Assembly (NCBI GenBank): GCA_039028615.1
Contig: JBCCHT010000003.1
Location: 192,001-256,000 of the forward strand
DNA from: Myxococcota bacterium
GTDB lineage: Bacteria; Myxococcota_A; Polyangia; Nannocystales; Nannocystaceae
Direction of reading: 5' to 3'
DNA length: 64,000 nucleotides
The notes under the pieces are model-generated. The model saw only the letters and a list, made by a program, of their open reading frames with translations. It did not search any database and was not told the origin of the DNA. The position numbers and the translations under genes are program-made. Below are positions 1-7,398 of this stretch, one piece after another (position 1 is the stretch's first letter; each line of letters starts with the position of its first letter).

Positions 1-113
1 TGGTTGTCCTGGTGCTCATCGGGTGCTCGAGCGATGCCCACGCGCTGTCCAAACGGCGCTCAGGCGCGGTTTGTGGCCTGGTAGAGCTGCTGGTCGTTGG
101 TCACGCTCGAAGC

Positions 114-953
114 ATGACCACGTTTCGTGCCCCCGGATGCTCGCTCGTTCTCGCCATGATGACCACGACCGCGTGCGTGGTGATCGACGGTGGCGACGAC
201 GATGGTGCGGCGGCGACCGAGGCCGCACCCACCACGACCTCCACGCCTTCGCCGAGCTCCGACGGGGGTGACACGGAGATCACGGGGTCGCCCACCCCCG
301 AAGACTCGACGGCCGACGAAGGCACGAGTGCGGACACGAGCGGGGGGCAGACCGATGGCGTCGACTCGGGCAGCTCGACCACGGGCATCGAGTGCACGCG
401 CTTTCTCGAAGGGGAGATCGAAGGCTGTCGCTGTCATGCCTTCGGCGGGCAGGGAGCGGGCCCGTTCTACTGCGGGGCCGATCTGCTCTGCGACGCGACG
501 ACGGGCACGTGCACCAGCTCCACCGCGTGCGAGACGGTCGAGGCCGACCCCGAGCCGAACGACGGCCCGGACACGGCCACCGACTTCGGCATGGTGTGCA
601 ACTCGTTGCCCTGGCAGGGCCAGCTCGAGCCGGGGGGCAGCGACTGGTTCACCTGGCGTGGGTTCCACCCCACGGCCGGCTGCGGCGATCCGGGGGGCGT
701 GCAGACCTACGACCCGAACATCGAGGTCTGCTTCTATCACGCGTGCATCGACGGGCAGGGCGATCTCGGCGAGCTCAGCTGCGGCGGGACGTCGGTCACG
801 CTCCCCGACGGCACGCCCGGCTGTTGCTCGCCGTCGGCCCAGGGCGACTCGCTCACCGCGTATGCGTGCGACCAGGGCGTCGAGGTCTGGGTCGAGCTGC
901 GCAACACCACCGAGATGTGCATCGGCTACGAGGCGCAGCTGAACCTGGTCTAA
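114..953 (+). CDS. Cys-rich putative lipoprotein (myxobacterial type)
   Basis: Hydrophobic N-terminus ending TTACV, Ser/Thr/Asp-rich linker, Cys-rich C-terminal part with EPND motif; ATG at 114 chosen within ORF 12..953. Confidence 0.6.
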   Translation: MTTFRAPGCSLVLAMMTTTACVVIDGGDDDGAAATEAAPTTTSTPSPSSDGGDTEITGSPTPEDSTADEGTSADTSGGQTDGVDSGSSTTGIECTRFLEGEIEGCRCHAFGGQGAGPFYCGADLLCDATTGTCTSSTACETVEADPEPNDGPDTATDFGMVCNSLPWQGQLEPGGSDWFTWRGFHPTAGCGDPGGVQTYDPNIEVCFYHACIDGQGDLGELSCGGTSVTLPDGTPGCCSPSAQGDSLTAYACDQGVEVWVELRNTTEMCIGYEAQLNLV

Positions 954-963
954 CGCGAGCGGC

Positions 964-1467
964 TCAACGCTGCTCGCGTTCTTTGAGGTACTCCTCGAGG
1001 TGCGGGACGATGGGTCGCCGCAGGATCTGCTCGGGAGACTCGAAGCCGGCCCACACGACCTCGCGATTGTCGACGTCGAAGGTCGGCTTCTCGTCGACCT
1101 CGATCTCCACGATCGTGACCTTGTCGTGACGGTTCTCGAACGAGTGCGTGCGGCTATAGACCTCGCTCAGGCGCTCGACGGGGACCCGGAGATCGACCTC
1201 TTCGATGAGCTCGCGTCGCGCCGCCGCGGAGGCGGACTCGCCCGAGCGCACGTACCCGCCGGGCAGCGAGTAGTGGAAGCGGTACGAGTTCTTGATGAGC
1301 AGCAATTTGCCCTCGTGCCACACCGCGACGAGCGCCCCGTGAGTATTCGGATGGCGGACCGCCCAGTACGCGCGGAGCATGCGATGGGCCACCCGGTAGG
1401 CGGTGCGGAAGCCGAGATCGACCATGGAGTCGATGCCCGTCGAGGCGTTGGGGTTGTTGTCGGTCAT
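964..1467 (-). CDS. NUDIX hydrolase
   Basis: Nudix box LPGGYVRSGESASAAARRELIEE. Confidence 0.85.
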   Translation of the reverse strand: MTDNNPNASTGIDSMVDLGFRTAYRVAHRMLRAYWAVRHPNTHGALVAVWHEGKLLLIKNSYRFHYSLPGGYVRSGESASAAARRELIEEVDLRVPVERLSEVYSRTHSFENRHDKVTIVEIEVDEKPTFDVDNREVVWAGFESPEQILRRPIVPHLEEYLKEREQR

Positions 1468-1617
1468 GCGCAGGCCGGCCCCATGAAGCCACAGCCATCG
1501 CGATCCGCCAAGTGATTGCCTGACATGGGCCGCAGCGCGTGGCGCGGCCATGGGCGTGTGAACGAGCGCTCACCAGATGCCGACCCCGGGTGCAGGTAGC
1601 CGTGCTAAATCACCCGC

Positions 1618-3207
1618 GTGCCCCTGGATTTCGTACGAATACGCCCCTTTGCCGCCGTGGGGATCGCGCTATTCAGCGGTGCTGCATGCCCGTCCCCCGA
1701 GGGAGACCCCATCGATTTTTCGGGCACGGGTTCGACGGGTGCGACCGACGACGGCGCGGTCACGACCACGGGCGAAGTCTCGGCCGACAGCACGGGGCCC
1801 GGCAGCCCCTGCGAGACCGACGAGGACTGCGTCGGCGATCCGGCGGGCGAAGTTTGTGATCTCGGCGAGGGCCAGTGCAGCCCGCCCTGCGTCCCGGGCC
1901 AGACCCGAACTTGCTACTCCGGCCCCGAGGACACCCAGGATATCGGCGCGTGCATGTCGGGGACCAACGAGTGCATGGAGGACGGGCGCTGGAGCGTGTT
2001 CTGCAGCGGCGAGGTCCTGCCCGGCGCCGAAGAGTGCGGCAACGGGCTCGACGACGACTGCGATGGCATGGTCGACGACTCCGACGTCGACGGTGACGGC
2101 TTCGGCGTCTGCAGTGGTGATTGCTGCGATGTCGACGGGGCCGGCTGCACCGAAGCCGCGCTGGTCAACCCGGGCGCGTACGAGGTCGTCGGCAACGAGC
2201 TCGACGACGATTGCGACGACGAGATCGACGAGGCTCCGGTCGATTGCGATGCCGGCCTGGCGAGCGACTCCGCCGATCCCCTTCAGTACGCGCAAGCGCT
2301 CGAGCTGTGCGAGACCACCGAAGAGGACCCTGCCGATCCCAACGACCGCACCTGGGGCGTGATCAACGCGACGTTCTCGCGCGCCGACGGCAATGGCACG
2401 CCCGTCCCCGTGCAGCACTCGCTGCGGGCGGAGTTCGGTGACCTGGTCAACGCGCAGCAGGGCGATCGCATGGTCGTGCTCAGCTCGGGCCACGCCGCCG
2501 CCACCAATCAGACCAACCCCGACTTCGCGCCGTTCGAAACCGGGCAAGACCTCGGCTCGGGCGGCTCCGTGCCTTCCGACTGGTTGGATGCCAACGGGGG
2601 CGTCATGCCGAACCCCGCCGGGTGCCTCGAGCCGTGGAACACCGACGCCAACGACTCGGTGATGCTCACCCTGCGGGTTCGCGCGCCCACCAACGCCAGC
2701 TCGTTCAGCGTGCGCACGTTCTTCTACTCGGCCGAGTACCCCGAGTGGGTTTGCAGTGAATTCAACGACTTCTTCGTGGCGTTGGTCGACTCGACGGCCG
2801 AGAACCCCGAAGACAAGAACATCGCGATCTACGACGACAACGGCACGCCCTGGCCGCTGGGCGTCAACCTGGTGATGGTGGCCGAGGGGCTGTTCACCCA
2901 GTGCGAAAACGGCGAAGTCGGTTGCGCGCGCGACCTCGGGACCGATTACTTCGGCTGTGTCGGGGACAACCTGCTCGCAGGAACCGGGTTCGACGCAACC
3001 GACTCGGAGGCCTGCGAACCGACCCAAGGCATGGCCGGCGGCGGAACGGGCTGGCTGCGCATGAGCGGCAACGTCACGCCCGGAGAGGTGTTCGAGATTC
3101 GTTTTGCGATCTGGGATACCAGTGGTCACCTCTATGATTCGCTGGTGTTGCTCGATGACTGGGAATGGTCGGTCGAAGCGGCCGAACCTGGGGTCGCACC
3201 CGGTTGA
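1618..3207 (+). CDS. Cys-rich lipoprotein with DDDCD repeats and C-terminal choice-of-anchor-L-like domain
   Basis: Signal/lipobox LFSGAAC; repeats GAEECGNGLDDDCDGMVDD and GAYEVVGNELDDDCDDEIDE; SAEYPEWVCSEFNDFF ... FAIWDTSGHLYDS. Confidence 0.7.
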   Translation: MPLDFVRIRPFAAVGIALFSGAACPSPEGDPIDFSGTGSTGATDDGAVTTTGEVSADSTGPGSPCETDEDCVGDPAGEVCDLGEGQCSPPCVPGQTRTCYSGPEDTQDIGACMSGTNECMEDGRWSVFCSGEVLPGAEECGNGLDDDCDGMVDDSDVDGDGFGVCSGDCCDVDGAGCTEAALVNPGAYEVVGNELDDDCDDEIDEAPVDCDAGLASDSADPLQYAQALELCETTEEDPADPNDRTWGVINATFSRADGNGTPVPVQHSLRAEFGDLVNAQQGDRMVVLSSGHAAATNQTNPDFAPFETGQDLGSGGSVPSDWLDANGGVMPNPAGCLEPWNTDANDSVMLTLRVRAPTNASSFSVRTFFYSAEYPEWVCSEFNDFFVALVDSTAENPEDKNIAIYDDNGTPWPLGVNLVMVAEGLFTQCENGEVGCARDLGTDYFGCVGDNLLAGTGFDATDSEACEPTQGMAGGGTGWLRMSGNVTPGEVFEIRFAIWDTSGHLYDSLVLLDDWEWSVEAAEPGVAPG

Positions 3208-3243
3208 ATCGAACGCTGTTAGCTGTGCTATAGACGGGCCGAG

Positions 3244-4110
3244 ATGTCTCGCTTGGCTCCCGTCACGATCCCGCTCGCCCTGTGTTTGGGCTTCGGGTGC
3301 ACGCTGCTCACCCCGTATCCCGGTGGCGAGGATCCGGCCGAGGTCCTCGCTGGTTCGGGGGGCGGCTTCGAAGGGGGCGAAGGGCAAGAGCCCCTGGTCG
3401 ACCCGGCCGAGGATCCGTCCATCGGGGTGATCCGCAACCTGACCAAGGTCGTCGCCCATCCCGGCTCGGCCTTCCCCATCGACCTCGAGTTCGACGCGCC
3501 CGGCATGAACGTGGTGGGCGGCGGCATCAGCTTCCCCGGCTCCGACGAGGTGCAGTGGACCTTCATCGAGGGGCTCGACGGCGAGACCACGGGCAACATC
3601 CGGTTCGGGTTCGTGGTCGACCAAGACATCTGCGGCCAGGTCCCCAACCTCTGCCACGAGATCAAGACCCAGCAGTTCGCGGTCGCGCGCAACACCGTGG
3701 GCGACGTCGACGGCGACGGCCAGACCGACGGCGACTTCGTCGTCTCGCGGCCGGTCGAGGTCACGGTGGTGCTCCAGTGCTCCACCTGCGAGTCGCCGAG
3801 CTGCTCCGAGCTGCTGCCGGAGGACGAGTGCCAGTCCTGCGCTCAGCCCCCGGTCTGCGACGACTACTTCGCGCGTTGCCTCGATCCCACCACGAACCCG
3901 GACGTGACCGATGCCGACGTCGCGTTCTTCGAGGGCATCTTCGGCCCGTCGGGTGCGCTGTGGACCACCCCGGCCGGCTGCGTCGCGGGCGAGCAAGCCT
4001 GTGAAGGGGCCGAGGCCGACGGTACCGAGTGCCGACTCGGTGGCGGCGGCGAAGGTGACGACGGCGGCAGCAGCTCGGGCGGCGACGAGTCCGGAGGGAC
4101 GGGCGCATGA
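3244..4110 (+). CDS. Cys-rich putative lipoprotein, unknown function
   Basis: Signal peptide ending LGFGC; Cys-rich acidic C-terminus; stop overlaps next start (ATGA). Confidence 0.6.
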   Translation: MSRLAPVTIPLALCLGFGCTLLTPYPGGEDPAEVLAGSGGGFEGGEGQEPLVDPAEDPSIGVIRNLTKVVAHPGSAFPIDLEFDAPGMNVVGGGISFPGSDEVQWTFIEGLDGETTGNIRFGFVVDQDICGQVPNLCHEIKTQQFAVARNTVGDVDGDGQTDGDFVVSRPVEVTVVLQCSTCESPSCSELLPEDECQSCAQPPVCDDYFARCLDPTTNPDVTDADVAFFEGIFGPSGALWTTPAGCVAGEQACEGAEADGTECRLGGGGEGDDGGSSSGGDESGGTGA

Positions 4111-5165
4111 GCACGGTACACAACGGCAATCGCGTGGTGTCCCTCGTCGTGGCCGCGGCCATGACCACGGCGCCCACGCTGGCGATGGCGCAGCCCGCCG
4201 ACGGGTCCGCGGAGGAGCCGGCCGAGTCCGCGCCCGCCGAAGAGTCCGCCGAGCCCGGCACCGAAGCGCCCGCCGAAGGGTCGACCGAAGGCTCGGGTGA
4301 AGACGGCGAGCCCGAGGTCGTCGACGACGGCAGCGAAGGGGCCACCACCGAGGGCTTGGTTCTCGATCAAGCGGCCGCCGATCGGGAGAACGCCAAGCAG
4401 GCGTACCTCGAGGGCAGCGACTACTACGAGACCGGGCAGTACGCCAAAGCGGTCGAGCAGTTCACGCGCGCCTGGGAGCTCAGCAAAAAAGAGCTGCTGC
4501 TCTACAACATCGGCCAGGCGTACTGGAAGTGGTACGACATCGATCCGAACATCGACCACCTGCGACAGGCGGCGCTGTTCTTCCGCAACTTCCAAAAGCG
4601 GATGCGCCTGACCGAGGACTACGACCCCACCGAGGTCGACAACATCCTCAAGGCCATCGAGGCGCAGATCCAGGTCCACGAGCAAAAGGAGACCGAGGCC
4701 AATCGCCCGGTCATCGTGCAGCCCGGCGGGCCCACCGAAGAAGAGCTCGCGTGGGAGCAGCGGCAGCGCACCACCAAGGGGCTGGTGATCTCGGGGACCA
4801 CCATCTCCGTGCTCGGCGGTCTGACCTTGGCGGCAGGCGTGGCCGCGGTGCTGTCGCGCACCACCTTCAAGGTCCTGCTCGACAACTCCACCAGCAGCGA
4901 TGGCGGCATCAACCTCGCCACGGCCGAAGAAGACGCGCGTCGTCGCAACGGCTACTCGGTCAGCGGTGAAGTGGCATTCGGGGCCCTCATCGCTGCGGCG
5001 GCGGTGCTGCCCATCGGCATCGGCCTGCGCGTGGCCGGGGCCATACGCGAGAAGAAAGACCGCACCAAGGCCCGCGAGCGCGACGAGATTCGCGAGCGGA
5101 ACGAAGCCAAGGCCAAGAAGGTCGCCATCCAGCCCACGCTGGGCGGCCTGCAGATCCGCTTCTAG
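4107..5165 (+). CDS. Secreted/membrane TPR protein
   Basis: Signal peptide (AMA-Q), TPR-like AKQAYLEGSDYYETGQYAKAVEQFTRAWEL...LLYNIGQAY, two hydrophobic segments, C-terminal GLQIRF. Confidence 0.7.
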   Translation: MSTVHNGNRVVSLVVAAAMTTAPTLAMAQPADGSAEEPAESAPAEESAEPGTEAPAEGSTEGSGEDGEPEVVDDGSEGATTEGLVLDQAAADRENAKQAYLEGSDYYETGQYAKAVEQFTRAWELSKKELLLYNIGQAYWKWYDIDPNIDHLRQAALFFRNFQKRMRLTEDYDPTEVDNILKAIEAQIQVHEQKETEANRPVIVQPGGPTEEELAWEQRQRTTKGLVISGTTISVLGGLTLAAGVAAVLSRTTFKVLLDNSTSSDGGINLATAEEDARRRNGYSVSGEVAFGALIAAAAVLPIGIGLRVAGAIREKKDRTKARERDEIRERNEAKAKKVAIQPTLGGLQIRF

Positions 5166-5217
5166 CCCGCGCGGGAGAAACGAGCGGCTCGCCGCTCCAC
5201 GGTGCGACGACGCCTGC

Positions 5218-5880
5218 CTACCACGGCAGGCGTTCGCCGTTGGCGTGCCAGAAGCCGCCCGTGGTCTCCATGCTCAGCTCGTCGATCCGCGCGAGCAGGC
5301 CGGCCGCGGCTTCGGCCGGGTCGGCGTTCCCCGTGCCCTGCGTCATGCCGGTTCGAATCCAGCCGGGATGCAGCAAGCCCACCGCGATCTCTCGCGACGC
5401 GAGGTCGTGGGCGAGCGAGGCACCCGCGATGTTCACCGCGGCCTTCGACATTCGATAGCCGTAGTGCGAGCCCGAGCTGTTGTCGGTGACCGAGCCCATG
5501 CGGCTGGTGACGATCGCGACCTTCGAGCCCGCGTGCAGGTTGCCGAGCAGGGCCTGGGTGACGCGCAGCGGGCCGAGCGAGTTGACCTCGAACTGACGCC
5601 GCATGCTGTCCCAGTCGAGGCTATCGAGCGACGTGCGACCGAGGATGCCCGCGTTGTTGATCAGCGTGTCGATGGAGAGATCACCGAGCCGACTCTGCAG
5701 CAGCGGGATCACGTCGTCGTCGCCGACGTCGATGCCTTGCTCGACTCGGACTTCCAGCGCCTCGAGCTCCAGCGTGACCGAGCGGCACAACGCGATCACG
5801 TCGTCGCCGCGGCGGCGCGCCTGTCGACACAGCTCGAGCCCGATTCCGCGGTTGGCTCCCGTGACGACCGTCGTGCTCAT
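5218..5880 (-). CDS. SDR family oxidoreductase, CsgA (C-factor)-like
   Basis: TGANRGIG, INNAG, SRMGS...YGYRMSKAA, LHPGWIRT. Confidence 0.9.
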   Translation of the reverse strand: MSTTVVTGANRGIGLELCRQARRRGDDVIALCRSVTLELEALEVRVEQGIDVGDDDVIPLLQSRLGDLSIDTLINNAGILGRTSLDSLDWDSMRRQFEVNSLGPLRVTQALLGNLHAGSKVAIVTSRMGSVTDNSSGSHYGYRMSKAAVNIAGASLAHDLASREIAVGLLHPGWIRTGMTQGTGNADPAEAAAGLLARIDELSMETTGGFWHANGERLPW

Positions 5881-5921
5881 CGAGCGGAGAATCGCATGCC
5901 CGTTTGGCGTGAACCTGTGTG

Positions 5922-5988
5922 GAAAATCAAGCTGCCCGCCGCACCCGGGGTTGCGGAGTGGGTGGAGGGGGTGGATGCGGCGGGCAGC
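5922..5988 (-). terminator. Intrinsic terminator-like hairpin with C-rich loop
   Basis: Minus-strand GCUGCCCGCCGCAUCC / GGGUGCGGCGGGCAGC (one G-U) then UUGAUUUU. Confidence 0.6.
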
Positions 5989-6042
5989 CGGAAGGAAACA
6001 GGAACTACATGCGCCGGGAACGGACAGGCCGACGCATCGTGC
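5922..6042 (-). ncRNA. Candidate ~120-nt small RNA
   Basis: Upstream sigma54-type promoter; 9-bp 5' hairpin; pyrimidine-rich linker; 16-bp hairpin (5931-5946/5973-5988) with C-rich loop followed by UUGAUUUU. Confidence 0.5.
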
Positions 6043-6052
6043 TCACTAGTTC

Positions 6053-6069
6053 TTCAAGGGCCGTGCCAA
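6053..6069 (-). promoter_or_regulatory. sigma54-type -24/-12 promoter
   Basis: TTGGCACGGCCCTTGAA; GG-N10-GA versus consensus TGGCACG-N4-TTGC. Confidence 0.6.
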
Positions 6070-6292
6070 CCTGCAATGGCTCGAAATCGACGATTGGAGG
6101 GGGGCGGTCGTTGCGGCGATGGCTACTGTCGTTGCCGATCGCAGGCGGAGGTAGCCAGATCGCGTAGGTGAGTGTGCGGGATGCCACCACCAGCAAGACT
6201 CTCGGTGCAAAGACCGCGAAGCCACGGGACAGGGGTGTCGAATCGGGTACATTCCGCCGGACGTGCTCCTACCTGCTGGTCAACGAAAAACC

Positions 6293-7387
6293 ATGGTGAA
6301 TCCGATCAGCTACGAACAGTTCAACGCGAGCTTGCTCGACAGCGCGGGGCGCAAGCGAGTTCTTCGGGTCGATGGCCGCCCCTTCTACGTCTTGCTGAGC
6401 CAGCAGTTTGGCCGGCCGGACATCGAGTCGCTCTGCGATACCGCGACCGCGATTCGCCGGCTCGACCGTCACCGCGACGGGCGGGCGTTCCTGCGCAGCG
6501 TGCTGGCGGGCTATCGCATCATGCACCTGTTCGCGCAGCCGAGCACCCGGACCGCGCAGTCCTTCTTGGCCGCGGCCGACAAGCTCGGCGCCACCAGCCG
6601 GACGGTGACCAACCTCAGCACCTCGTCCTTCGCCAAGGGCGAGTCGATCGAGGACTCGGTGCGCACGCTGTCGAGCTTCTTCGACGCCATCGTCACTCGG
6701 CATCACCAGGACGACTTCGCCACTCGAGCCGCCTGGGCGCTGTCGCGGAGCGACCGGCCGATCCCGGTCATCTCGGCCGGCAGCGGTCGGAGCCAGCACG
6801 TCACCCAGTCGCTGCTCGACGTCTACACGCTGCGCTACTCCTTCGCCGAGCGCGGGGGCATCGACGGCAAGACGGTCGTCATCATCGGCGACATCGCCCG
6901 TAACCGAGCGGCGCGCTCGCTGGCCTACTTGATGACCAAGTTCGACCAGCCGCGGGTGCACTTCGTGTCTCCCCAAGAGCACTCGCCCGACGACGAGCTG
7001 CTCGACTACCTGGGCAAGCACGGCATCGAGGTCCGGGTGCACGAGCGGCTCGACACCACCCTGCGCGAGCACGGGCGCCAGATCGACGCCATCTACGTGA
7101 CGCGGCTCCAGCAAGAGTGGGACGAAGGCGGGCCCCCGAAGGAGCTGGGCAGCAGCGATCCCTACGTGCTCAAGCCCGAGTACCGCGAGCTGATCCGGCC
7201 CGACTGCGTGCTCATGCACCCGCTGCCGCGCGTCAACGAGCTGCCCGAGGACTGGGAGGACCACCCCGGCTTCGTCGTGTGGCGACAGGTTCGCAACGGC
7301 ATGTGGATCCGCGCCGCGGTCTTTGCCGCGGTGCACGGGGCCGACGACGAGATCCGAGCTCGCGCCAAGCGGCTCGGCCTGCTCTAG
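6293..7387 (+). CDS. pyrB: Aspartate carbamoyltransferase catalytic subunit (divergent)
   Basis: PSTRT, SSFAKGES, RH, HVTQSLLD, YVTRLQ, MHPLPR, WRQVRNGMWIRAA. Confidence 0.8.
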   Translation: MVNPISYEQFNASLLDSAGRKRVLRVDGRPFYVLLSQQFGRPDIESLCDTATAIRRLDRHRDGRAFLRSVLAGYRIMHLFAQPSTRTAQSFLAAADKLGATSRTVTNLSTSSFAKGESIEDSVRTLSSFFDAIVTRHHQDDFATRAAWALSRSDRPIPVISAGSGRSQHVTQSLLDVYTLRYSFAERGGIDGKTVVIIGDIARNRAARSLAYLMTKFDQPRVHFVSPQEHSPDDELLDYLGKHGIEVRVHERLDTTLREHGRQIDAIYVTRLQQEWDEGGPPKELGSSDPYVLKPEYRELIRPDCVLMHPLPRVNELPEDWEDHPGFVVWRQVRNGMWIRAAVFAAVHGADDEIRARAKRLGLL

Positions 7388-7398
7388 AGCCCCGTGGC

